Shown here piece by piece: positions 55,834-62,912 of a stretch of DNA of 62,912 bases. The notes beneath the pieces were generated by a model. It searched no databases, was not told where the DNA came from, and saw only the letters and a program-made list of their open reading frames with translations. The position numbers were made by a program, and so were the translations under genes. The first letter of the stretch is position 1; the number at the start of each line of letters is the position of its first letter. The DNA is from a bacterium (GTDB lineage Bacteria > JAJRZV01), in assembly GCA_024275095.1 (NCBI GenBank), contig JAJRZV010000117.1:1-62912 (forward strand). The letters are read 5' to 3'.

Positions 55834-58548
55834 ATGCTCAACATTCGTGAGAGATTTCTCAACTTTATTGCCACGCAGGCGACGGAACATCCTATCAGGC
55901 TCCTGTTAGTTATTGGTCTGTTTACGGCAGGTTGTTTGATTCTCGCCTCAGGTGTAAAACTTGACCTCTCCATGCTTGCTGAACTCCCTGAAAATGACCC
56001 CATGGTGGAACGCTTTAAGGAGGCATACGACAATTACGGCGGCCTGGAATACGTATTTGTTGTACTTGAGTCAAAGGATATAGACCGGGCTAAAAAAATG
56101 GCCGATGAAATGGCCCCCGCGCTCAAGGGTCTGAAAAAGTATTTCCGCTCTGTAAGGCATAAGGTTGACGTGGATTTTTTCAAGCCGTACAGCATTCTTT
56201 TTCTCAGTTTGGACGAAATAAAAGACCTTACAAGTACATTTCGAAGAAACCTTGATACTTACAAAACCATGCTGAAAAAACTCGATGTGGAGACTTTCCT
56301 GCTGGGAACCTACTCCATTTTTGACAGGGAAATTTCTGAAATCAATGAAATTACCGAGGAGGACACCCGCGCCTCCGGTATAAAGGGGCTCAGGCGCTGG
56401 AGTGAGAGGGTCAGGCAAATACTGGTTGAGGGTAAAAAGGTAAAACCTTCCACGTATCGCAACACCCTGGCGGGCATTTTTGCAGCGCGGGCAGGAACTG
56501 GTGGTGTGGTGGATGAATATTTCCTCTCTCCCAACGAGAAACTTCTCACCATAATGCTGGCACCTGTGGAGCCCAGCGAAAACATTGTCTATGACATTGA
56601 AGCAATGAAAGCTTTGGAGAATGTAGTAAATCGTTTCCGTCCCCGGTATCCCGATGTGAAGGTAGGTATTACCGGAGCTGTTGCCATTGTACGTGATCAG
56701 CATATTGCTATTCAGAAGGACATGAAAATGACAACCATCATATCCATGATCGGAGTGCTTGTTCTCTTTGCTGTATCATATGGAAGACTCATTTACGCCT
56801 TTCTTATGGGCATTCCTCTTGCCATAGGCCTTATATGGACCCTTGCTTTTGTTCGGATTTACCCTGGAGCTATTACAATAACCACCTCAGTATTTGGTGC
56901 AATTCTCATCGGTCTTGGCATTGATTTTGCCATTCATCTCGTATCCCGTTTCAACGATGACATTTACGATGGTAAGGACGTGCCCACGGCGGTTCGTAAT
57001 GCCGTAACTGCTACTGGTAAGGGAATTATTACAGGTGCTGTGACCACAGCTACAGCCTTTTTCACACTTTTAATGGCATATCACAAAGGCGTTGAATTCC
57101 TTGGTGCTGTTGCAGGTACAGGGGTTTTGCTGTGCATGCTGGCCATGTTTCTTGTTGTTCCACCGATTCTTCTTGTTTTAGGTCGTCGGGGAATCCTTGG
57201 TCGTGGTTCTCAGCTGGGGCCCCTCGTACGCATGGCACGAGTGATGGAAAGGAAGCCTCTCTACTTCTTTATCCCGGTTGCCATCCTTACCGGCTGGATG
57301 GTTTTCGAAGCAGAACACGTTGCCTTTGACAACAACTTCAGAAACCTGATGCCTCAAGATATGCCTTCGCTCCAATGGGTAAAACATTTTGAAGAAGAAT
57401 TTGAAAGAGGTATTGATTATGGGCTTGTAGTGGTGGACACCGTAGAAGAAGCGAGACGCCAGACAGAAATGATAGAAGAACTGGACACTGTTGGATTCGT
57501 GGATTCGATTGCCAATTATCTACCAGATGCCCAGGAAGAAAAAATCGATGCCCTGAAGCCCCTTGCAGAGATGCTGGACAGTCTCAAGCCTGCTTCACCT
57601 GATTCAGTAATTTTTGATGGTCCCGACTGGCGCCGGAGGTGGAAGGTAGCCTTCTCTAAAATGCGGGACATTGCTCTTGCCTTGAAGCAGCTTTGCGTGG
57701 CAGGTGGTTATTTCGAGGGTGAAGACGATGCAACCAGGTTTCGAGATAACCTGGATACAATAATAAAGGCCCTGGAAGAAGGTAAAGTGAGTGAAGAAAA
57801 TGCGCGCTATTTCAATTCACTTCACGCCCGGGAGTTCGTGCAATCATTTTATGATTTTCGCAAGTCCGCACGACCGTCTGTACTGACAGTAAACGAGTTG
57901 CCTGAAGACATCAAGAAAGCGTATATAGGAACTAACGGAAAATACCTCATCTACGCTTATCCCAGTCAGTCTGTCTGGACGGACAAGGCGTTCATGGGTC
58001 GATTTGTTGAAGATATGAAATCGGTTAACCCTGACGCCTTTGGAATACCCTTCATTTTTTACTACGCCTCAGCGCGCATCCTGGAAGACCTGGAGCGTTC
58101 TGCTGTACTGGCATTGCTTGTGATTTTCTTACTGGTTTATCTTGATTTCAGGAGCATCAAATATACAGTCCTTGTGCTTATTCCTCTTCTGATGGGAGCA
58201 GTATGGATGGTCGGTTCGATGCCTTTCCTGGGGGTGTATTTTAACTTTATCAATGTAGGTACTGTGTCCCTGGTGCTGGGTATAGGCATAGACGATGGAG
58301 TGCACATGATGCACCGATTCCTTGGAGAGAGGGAACACAGGGTGGTGCATACTATCGCACGTACGGGTAGAGCCATTATTCTCACCTCCCTTACCACGAT
58401 GATCGGCTTTGGTGCGCTTCTCCTTGCTCATTTTCGGGGCCTCAATACCATGGGAGAAGTGCTGTTGATGGGTGTGGGCTATTGTCTGCTTACATCTATT
58501 TTTGGACTTGGTTCCATACTTGGATTGCTTTCTCGCTCCAGGTCTTGA
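55834..58548 (+). CDS. RND-superfamily exporter, MMPL/HpnN-like (COG1033 type)
   Basis: 904 aa counted from the ATG at 55834. It has two 6-TM bundles, each preceded by a large soluble domain, with the duplicated GIGIDF/GIGIDDGVH motif. Confidence 0.75.
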   Translation: MLNIRERFLNFIATQATEHPIRLLLVIGLFTAGCLILASGVKLDLSMLAELPENDPMVERFKEAYDNYGGLEYVFVVLESKDIDRAKKMADEMAPALKGLKKYFRSVRHKVDVDFFKPYSILFLSLDEIKDLTSTFRRNLDTYKTMLKKLDVETFLLGTYSIFDREISEINEITEEDTRASGIKGLRRWSERVRQILVEGKKVKPSTYRNTLAGIFAARAGTGGVVDEYFLSPNEKLLTIMLAPVEPSENIVYDIEAMKALENVVNRFRPRYPDVKVGITGAVAIVRDQHIAIQKDMKMTTIISMIGVLVLFAVSYGRLIYAFLMGIPLAIGLIWTLAFVRIYPGAITITTSVFGAILIGLGIDFAIHLVSRFNDDIYDGKDVPTAVRNAVTATGKGIITGAVTTATAFFTLLMAYHKGVEFLGAVAGTGVLLCMLAMFLVVPPILLVLGRRGILGRGSQLGPLVRMARVMERKPLYFFIPVAILTGWMVFEAEHVAFDNNFRNLMPQDMPSLQWVKHFEEEFERGIDYGLVVVDTVEEARRQTEMIEELDTVGFVDSIANYLPDAQEEKIDALKPLAEMLDSLKPASPDSVIFDGPDWRRRWKVAFSKMRDIALALKQLCVAGGYFEGEDDATRFRDNLDTIIKALEEGKVSEENARYFNSLHAREFVQSFYDFRKSARPSVLTVNELPEDIKKAYIGTNGKYLIYAYPSQSVWTDKAFMGRFVEDMKSVNPDAFGIPFIFYYASARILEDLERSAVLALLVIFLLVYLDFRSIKYTVLVLIPLLMGAVWMVGSMPFLGVYFNFINVGTVSLVLGIGIDDGVHMMHRFLGEREHRVVHTIARTGRAIILTSLTTMIGFGALLLAHFRGLNTMGEVLLMGVGYCLLTSIFGLGSILGLLSRSRS

Positions 58549-58657
58549 CTTTCGCCGTACGAATACATATTCTCACGGCATCAAAAATAGAATCGAAAGC
58601 AGCTGTAGTTTGAAACGGTGCCATTTCCAAAAAAACACCTGAAGGAGGGTCACAACC

Positions 58658-60142
58658 ATGGCTGATGGTGACTTTGTTGTTGCCATAGATTCGGGCACCA
58701 CGGGGACAACCGCCCTGGTAATTGATAAAGACTTGGAAGTTAAGGCCAAAAAAACGGTTGAACTTCCACAGATCTTTCCCAGGCCGGGATGGGTAGAGCA
58801 CGACCCGGAAGCGATATTTGCACTTGCCGAGGATGCCATCGCGGGGGCCCTGGAAGAAGCAGGAGTTCGTCCAACTCAGGTAGTAGCCCTTGGTGTGACC
58901 AACCAGCGAGAGACGACCATTGTGTTCAACAGGGAAACGCTCAAGCCATATTTTAATGCCATTGTCTGGCAATGCAGGCGCACAGCACCCATATGCGAAG
59001 AACTCAAAAAGGCAAAGCTCACTTCACAGGTGAGAAAACGTACGGGATTGGTGATAGACCCTTACTTTTCAGCAACAAAAATTGTATGGCTTCTCAGGCA
59101 CGTCAAGGGACTTCGCAAAGAAGCGGAGAAGGGACACGCCGTTTTTGGAACGGTTGATTCTTACCTCATCGCTCGCTTTACAGGCGGCGAAGTTCACGCA
59201 ACAGAACCTTCCAACGCCTCCAGGACCATGCTCTACAACATTGTAGAAAAGAGATGGGATGGATACCTGTGCGATAAAATGGGAATTCCTGCGAGCATGT
59301 TGCCGGATGTAAAGGATTCTTCAGGTGTGTTTGGTTATACAAAGGGTATGAGGTCACTGCCGGATGGCGTGCCCATTGCAGGAGTAGCAGGTGACCAGCA
59401 GGCCGCAACGTTTGGGCAGGCCTGTTTTACTCCGGGAGAGGCCAAGTGCACTTATGGTACCGGTTCATTTACGCTCCTCAACACGGGGAAGAAACCTGTG
59501 CCGTCTCGCTACGGGCTTGTCACCACGGTGTTATGGTCTATTGACGGAAAAACGGAGTATGCACTTGAAGGCAGCGTGTTTATCGCGGGAGCAGCAGTGC
59601 AGTGGCTTCGAGATGGCCTGAAGCTTATTGAAAGGTCTGAAGAGATTGAAGAACTTGCCGCGCAGGTGAGCTCTTCTGAGGGAGTATACCTGGTGCCTGC
59701 GTTTCAGGGGCTGGGTGCACCTTACTGGAGACCGGAAGCAAAAGGTATTATTTATGGAATTACACGTTCCACCACGGCTGCTCACATTGCCCGGGCAACG
59801 CTTGAAGGTATCGCCTATATGAATGCCGAGGTGATGCTGGCGATGAAGGCTGATTATGGCAGGAGAATAAAATGCTTAAAGGTGGATGGCGGTGCCGCTC
59901 GGAACGATCTGCTCATGCAATTTCAAAGTGACATTCTCGGAGTGGAAATAGTGAGACCCCGGATAATAGAGACGACGGCACTCGGGGCAGGAATGCTTGC
60001 GGGCTTGGGTGTCAAACTCTGGAAGTCACGTGACGAACTTGCTGCACGTTATCGGGAAGAGCGGCATTTCTCTCCTGCTCTCACCAGAAAAAAGAGAGAA
60101 GTCTTGTTACAACAATGGAGAAGGGTGGTGGAAAAAGCATGA
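58658..60142 (+). CDS. glpK: glycerol kinase
   Basis: 494 aa with RBS GAAGGAGGG. Motifs AIDSGTTGT, NQRETT and GDQQAATFGQ. Confidence 0.92.
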   Translation: MADGDFVVAIDSGTTGTTALVIDKDLEVKAKKTVELPQIFPRPGWVEHDPEAIFALAEDAIAGALEEAGVRPTQVVALGVTNQRETTIVFNRETLKPYFNAIVWQCRRTAPICEELKKAKLTSQVRKRTGLVIDPYFSATKIVWLLRHVKGLRKEAEKGHAVFGTVDSYLIARFTGGEVHATEPSNASRTMLYNIVEKRWDGYLCDKMGIPASMLPDVKDSSGVFGYTKGMRSLPDGVPIAGVAGDQQAATFGQACFTPGEAKCTYGTGSFTLLNTGKKPVPSRYGLVTTVLWSIDGKTEYALEGSVFIAGAAVQWLRDGLKLIERSEEIEELAAQVSSSEGVYLVPAFQGLGAPYWRPEAKGIIYGITRSTTAAHIARATLEGIAYMNAEVMLAMKADYGRRIKCLKVDGGAARNDLLMQFQSDILGVEIVRPRIIETTALGAGMLAGLGVKLWKSRDELAARYREERHFSPALTRKKREVLLQQWRRVVEKA

Positions 60143-60939
60143 AAAGGTCGCTTTATGCATCCACATTTGTACTTATTTTTTTCAATGGGTGTCTTATCAC
60201 GCGTACCCAGCTTGAAATGAAGGCCAAACTTGATGAACTTGATGCCAGGCTCTCCATTGTGGAAGAAAAGAAAGTTGACACGGAGGAGTTGAAAGCGAGT
60301 CTTGATGAGATTCGAGGTATACTCGCTGACGTTTCTACCAGGCAGGACGAAATCGAAAAACGCCTGGCCGTTTTGAAAGGTGCCGGTGAAATTGAAAAAG
60401 CTTTTGCAATACTCTCGCGGGAGATCGACCAGAAGATTTCCTCGGTTCAAAAAGAGATGCAGAAAAGCGTGGAAGCAAGGGAAGAAGACCTCCAGCAGCA
60501 ACTCAAGTCATTAAAGAAAGAACTTGAAAGCCTCAAACTCGCATATTCGATTTTCGCAAAAGTACTTGCGGACCCGGAAAAGGCTTACGAAGATGCAAAA
60601 GAGCTGTGGAAAAAGGGTCAAAGCAGCCAGGCCTATGCCATATTCAGCCGCATTGCTGCAATTCACAAAGGGCACCACCTGGAAGATGACTGTTATTATT
60701 TAATGGGCAAAATAAAAGCAGAAAATGGGGATTGTCGTACAGCTATAAAGAACTTTGGTGAAGTGATCACACGATTCCCGTCGTCGTGGCTTGCTCCCAA
60801 AGCATATCTTGGAACGGCCGAATGCCTCAAAAGGCTTGGTGAAAAGAAAAAGGCCAGGCTGTTTTTAAGGGAAGTAATAAAAAAATATCCTCAATCCAGA
60901 GAAGCAACTAGGGCAAAAAAAATGCTTAAAAAACTGTGA
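60139..60939 (+). CDS. YbgF/CpoB-like lipoprotein (coiled coil + TPR)
   Basis: ATG at 60139 (ATGA overlap with glpK). Lipobox FFNGC. N-terminal coiled coil and C-terminal TPR repeats. Confidence 0.6.
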   Translation: MKRSLYASTFVLIFFNGCLITRTQLEMKAKLDELDARLSIVEEKKVDTEELKASLDEIRGILADVSTRQDEIEKRLAVLKGAGEIEKAFAILSREIDQKISSVQKEMQKSVEAREEDLQQQLKSLKKELESLKLAYSIFAKVLADPEKAYEDAKELWKKGQSSQAYAIFSRIAAIHKGHHLEDDCYYLMGKIKAENGDCRTAIKNFGEVITRFPSSWLAPKAYLGTAECLKRLGEKKKARLFLREVIKKYPQSREATRAKKMLKKL

Positions 60940-60950
60940 AGGAGGACACC

Positions 60951-62219
60951 GTGAAGCACGTGTGCGCCGTGGATAGAGAAGTGTACCAGGCTGTTGTAAA
61001 GGAAATGGAAAGGCAGGAGTTTCGCCTCCAGATGATCGCTTCTGAGAACTACGCCTCGCGGGCCGTACTTGAAACCATGGCAAATGTGATGAGCAACAAA
61101 TATGCGGAAGGGTACCCTGGCAAACGTTACTACGGGGGATGTGAAAATGTGGATGTGGTGGAAGAACTGGCTCGTCGGCGGGCAATGGAGCTTTTCAGGG
61201 CTGATTTCGCTAACGTGCAGCCTCATTCCGGCTCCCAGGCGAACATGGCGGTTTACATGAGCGTATGTGAGCCAGGAGACGTTGTCCTCGGTATGGACCT
61301 TTCCCACGGAGGTCATCTTACCCATGGGTCTCCAGTGAACTTCTCGGGGCGACTTTACAAAGTGGTTCACTATGGTGTCAAAGAAGATACAGAACTCATT
61401 GATTACGACATGGTCAGGGACCTGGCCAAAAAGCATCGTCCAAAACTGATAGTAACGGGGGCAAGTGCGTATCCTCGGGATATTGATTTTAAAACATTTC
61501 GTGATATTGCCGATGAGGTGGGTGCTTATCTCATGGCGGACATTGCACATCCAGCCGGGCTTGTTGTTGCAGGGCTTCATTCTGACCCTGTACCGCACGC
61601 CCATTTTGTCACTGCAACCACGCACAAGACTCTCAGGGGACCCCGTGGAGGGCTTATTCTTGGCAAAGCGGATTTTGAGAAAAAAGTCAACACTCGAGTA
61701 TTTCCAGGAACCCAGGATGGTCCCATGATGCACGTAATCGCGGCCAAAGCAGTGGCTTTCAAAGAGGCACTCTCTGAAGAATTCAAAAGATATCAAAAGC
61801 AGGTGATTGAAAACGCGCGCACGCTTGCGGAGGAGCTAACTGCACGAGGATACCGCGTTGTGTCGGGTGGTACTGATACGCACCTTTTGCTGGTAGACCT
61901 GAGAAACAGAAACATCACGGGTAAAGAGGCCGAAGCCTGGCTTGATGCTGCCTGGATTACTGTTAACAAGAACACCATCCCCTTCGACCCACAGCCGCCG
62001 GCCGTGGCCAGTGGTATCCGTATAGGAACCCCCGGTGTAACCAGCAGAGGGATGGGTGTACAGGAGATGAAGGAAATTGCGGAGATGATAGATAAGGTTC
62101 TCTCTTCTGCAGGTAGTGAAGATGTGGTGAATAAGGTAAGGGTGCGTGTGCGAGAACTTTGCGAGTCTTTTCCCATATACAGAGACTGGCTGGAAGAGGT
62201 GAAAGCGGCAGGTGGCTGA
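60951..62219 (+). CDS. glyA: serine hydroxymethyltransferase
   Basis: I prefer GTG at 60951 (RBS GAAGGAGGA 5 nt upstream) to GTG at 60936. Motifs [20 protein letters not shown] and [12 protein letters not shown]. Confidence 0.92.
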   Translation: MKHVCAVDREVYQAVVKEMERQEFRLQMIASENYASRAVLETMANVMSNKYAEGYPGKRYYGGCENVDVVEELARRRAMELFRADFANVQPHSGSQANMAVYMSVCEPGDVVLGMDLSHGGHLTHGSPVNFSGRLYKVVHYGVKEDTELIDYDMVRDLAKKHRPKLIVTGASAYPRDIDFKTFRDIADEVGAYLMADIAHPAGLVVAGLHSDPVPHAHFVTATTHKTLRGPRGGLILGKADFEKKVNTRVFPGTQDGPMMHVIAAKAVAFKEALSEEFKRYQKQVIENARTLAEELTARGYRVVSGGTDTHLLLVDLRNRNITGKEAEAWLDAAWITVNKNTIPFDPQPPAVASGIRIGTPGVTSRGMGVQEMKEIAEMIDKVLSSAGSEDVVNKVRVRVRELCESFPIYRDWLEEVKAAGG

Positions 62220-62700
62220 ACGTTCACGCCCAGACTGGGATCATTACTTTATGGCTTTTGCGTACCTGGCGGCGCGTCGGAGCACGTGCCTCAGGCGACG
62301 GGTGGGTGCTGTAATTGTCAAGGACAGACAGATCCTTGCTACTGGATATAATGGGGCTCCACGTGGTGTGCCTCACGCGGAGGAGGTTGGCTGCATACGT
62401 GAAAAACTTAATGTTCCTTCGGGGGAAAGGCATGAGCTGTGCAGGGGACTGCATGCAGAGCAAAACGCTATCATCCAGGCCGCGTACCATGGCGTAAGCA
62501 TCAGAGGAGGTGAAATATATACAACCAATTTCCCGTGTATCATCTGCGCTAAAATGATTATCAATGCAGGCATTACTCGCATTGTATATGCGGAAGGTTA
62601 TGCAACTGAAGATGTTACCGGACGTCTTACCGTAGAGCTGCTGGAAAAGGCAGGCATCAAAGTCGAAAAGCTCACCGGGACAGTGGGAATCCCTCGCTGA
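62212..62700 (+). CDS. dCMP deaminase (ComEB family)
   Basis: 162 aa from a GTG start overlapping the glyA stop. Zinc motifs HAEQNAI and PCIICAKMI. Confidence 0.85.
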   Translation: MAERSRPDWDHYFMAFAYLAARRSTCLRRRVGAVIVKDRQILATGYNGAPRGVPHAEEVGCIREKLNVPSGERHELCRGLHAEQNAIIQAAYHGVSIRGGEIYTTNFPCIICAKMIINAGITRIVYAEGYATEDVTGRLTVELLEKAGIKVEKLTGTVGIPR

Positions 62701-62884
62701 TTTACATGCACTCTGCGCTCCATGGCAGGGCAGGGATTTTATCTGATAACAGGGTTCAGGGACATTTTTGTTCTGCCCACCAAAGTAAACAACTGGGTAA
62801 GCAAGGAGTCATGGAGGACTTCGGATCCATCTCAAGGCAGGGGCAGGTATTTCCTTTCCACGCCCCCGGACTCCCCCCACTCCA

Positions 62885-62912
62885 GAATGTCAAATGTCAA
62901 GACCTGACCCCT
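62885..62912 (-). repeat. dispersed repeat, copy H (variant, cut by the window end)
   Basis: The minus strand reads AGGGGTCAGGTCTTGACATTTGACATTC. The two heptamers are a perfect TTGACAT tandem here. Confidence 0.8.

Noticed and set aside
8619-62912. The dispersed repeats as a CRISPR array, integron attC sites or REP/BIME palindromes
   Set aside because: - **CRISPR:** the copies are kilobases apart in both orientations, so there is no array.
- **attC:** the core lacks the RYYYAAC / GTTRRRY inverse-core and core pairs and the imperfect dyad of attC.
- **REP:** the core has no hairpin-forming dyad, unlike REPs.
62800-62912. Possible SRP (4.5S) RNA, because of GGTCAGGTC, GTCCGG, GGAAAGGAAA and AAGGCAG strings
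   Set aside because: The strings lie on different strands and in the wrong order. There is no GGAA-tetraloop helix 8 and no conserved symmetric-loop sequence. GGTCAGGTC is simply part of the dispersed repeat.
1-62912. Search for mobile-element or defence genes (transposase, integrase, restriction-modification, toxin-antitoxin, Cas, retron or Abi-like)
   Set aside because: Every ORF of 60 aa or more was read. None shows DDE, tyrosine or serine recombinase motifs, or nuclease/ATPase defence signatures. The window is essentially core-genome.

Overview
A 62.9 kb chromosomal segment from a diderm (Gram-negative type) bacterium, probably an anaerobe. I infer this from LolC/E, an OM beta-barrel, a YbgF/CpoB-like protein, class 1B DHODH, CCG-type Fe-S proteins, sigma-54/NtrC signalling and ResB. 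The taxon cannot be named without a database search. About 55 protein genes are densely packed, often with 1-4 nt overlaps. Most are housekeeping: lepA-lepB, purQ-purL, purE, lysS, glyA, glpK, pckA, pyrK-pyrD, rimI, aroD, rpoH-like sigma, trmI and a dCMP deaminase. Other content:
- RNA genes: tmRNA (ssrA), tRNA-His(GTG) and tRNA-Glu(CTC).
- A three-gene operon for very large exported or lipoproteins (609-7744).
- An orphan larE-like gene and nikR.
- A feoB / Zn-ribbon / DtxR operon.
- Two groups of FAD-linked oxidase genes, one with an acyl-CoA ligase and an SCP2 protein, the other GlcDEF-like with a HEAT-repeat protein.
- A five-gene two-component/HD-GYP/NtrC operon behind a near-consensus sigma-54 promoter.
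- An RND/MMPL exporter.

No CRISPR array, rRNA, transposase, integrase or recognisable defence genes are present.

The main feature that ordinary annotation does not explain is a dispersed non-palindromic repeat of about 30 nt, TC(C)GGGGTCTGGTCTCAACATTTGACATTCG. Three copies carry 55-100 nt extensions. There are 8 copies, all intergenic or at the extreme 3' edge of a CDS. Five lie 0-14 nt after a stop codon and are co-oriented with that gene. One inverted pair brackets ssrA.

Secondary oddities are a perfect 76-bp duplication of the tRNA-His 3' end plus its flank, a frameshifted small ORF pair beside it, and an orphan plus-strand intrinsic terminator.
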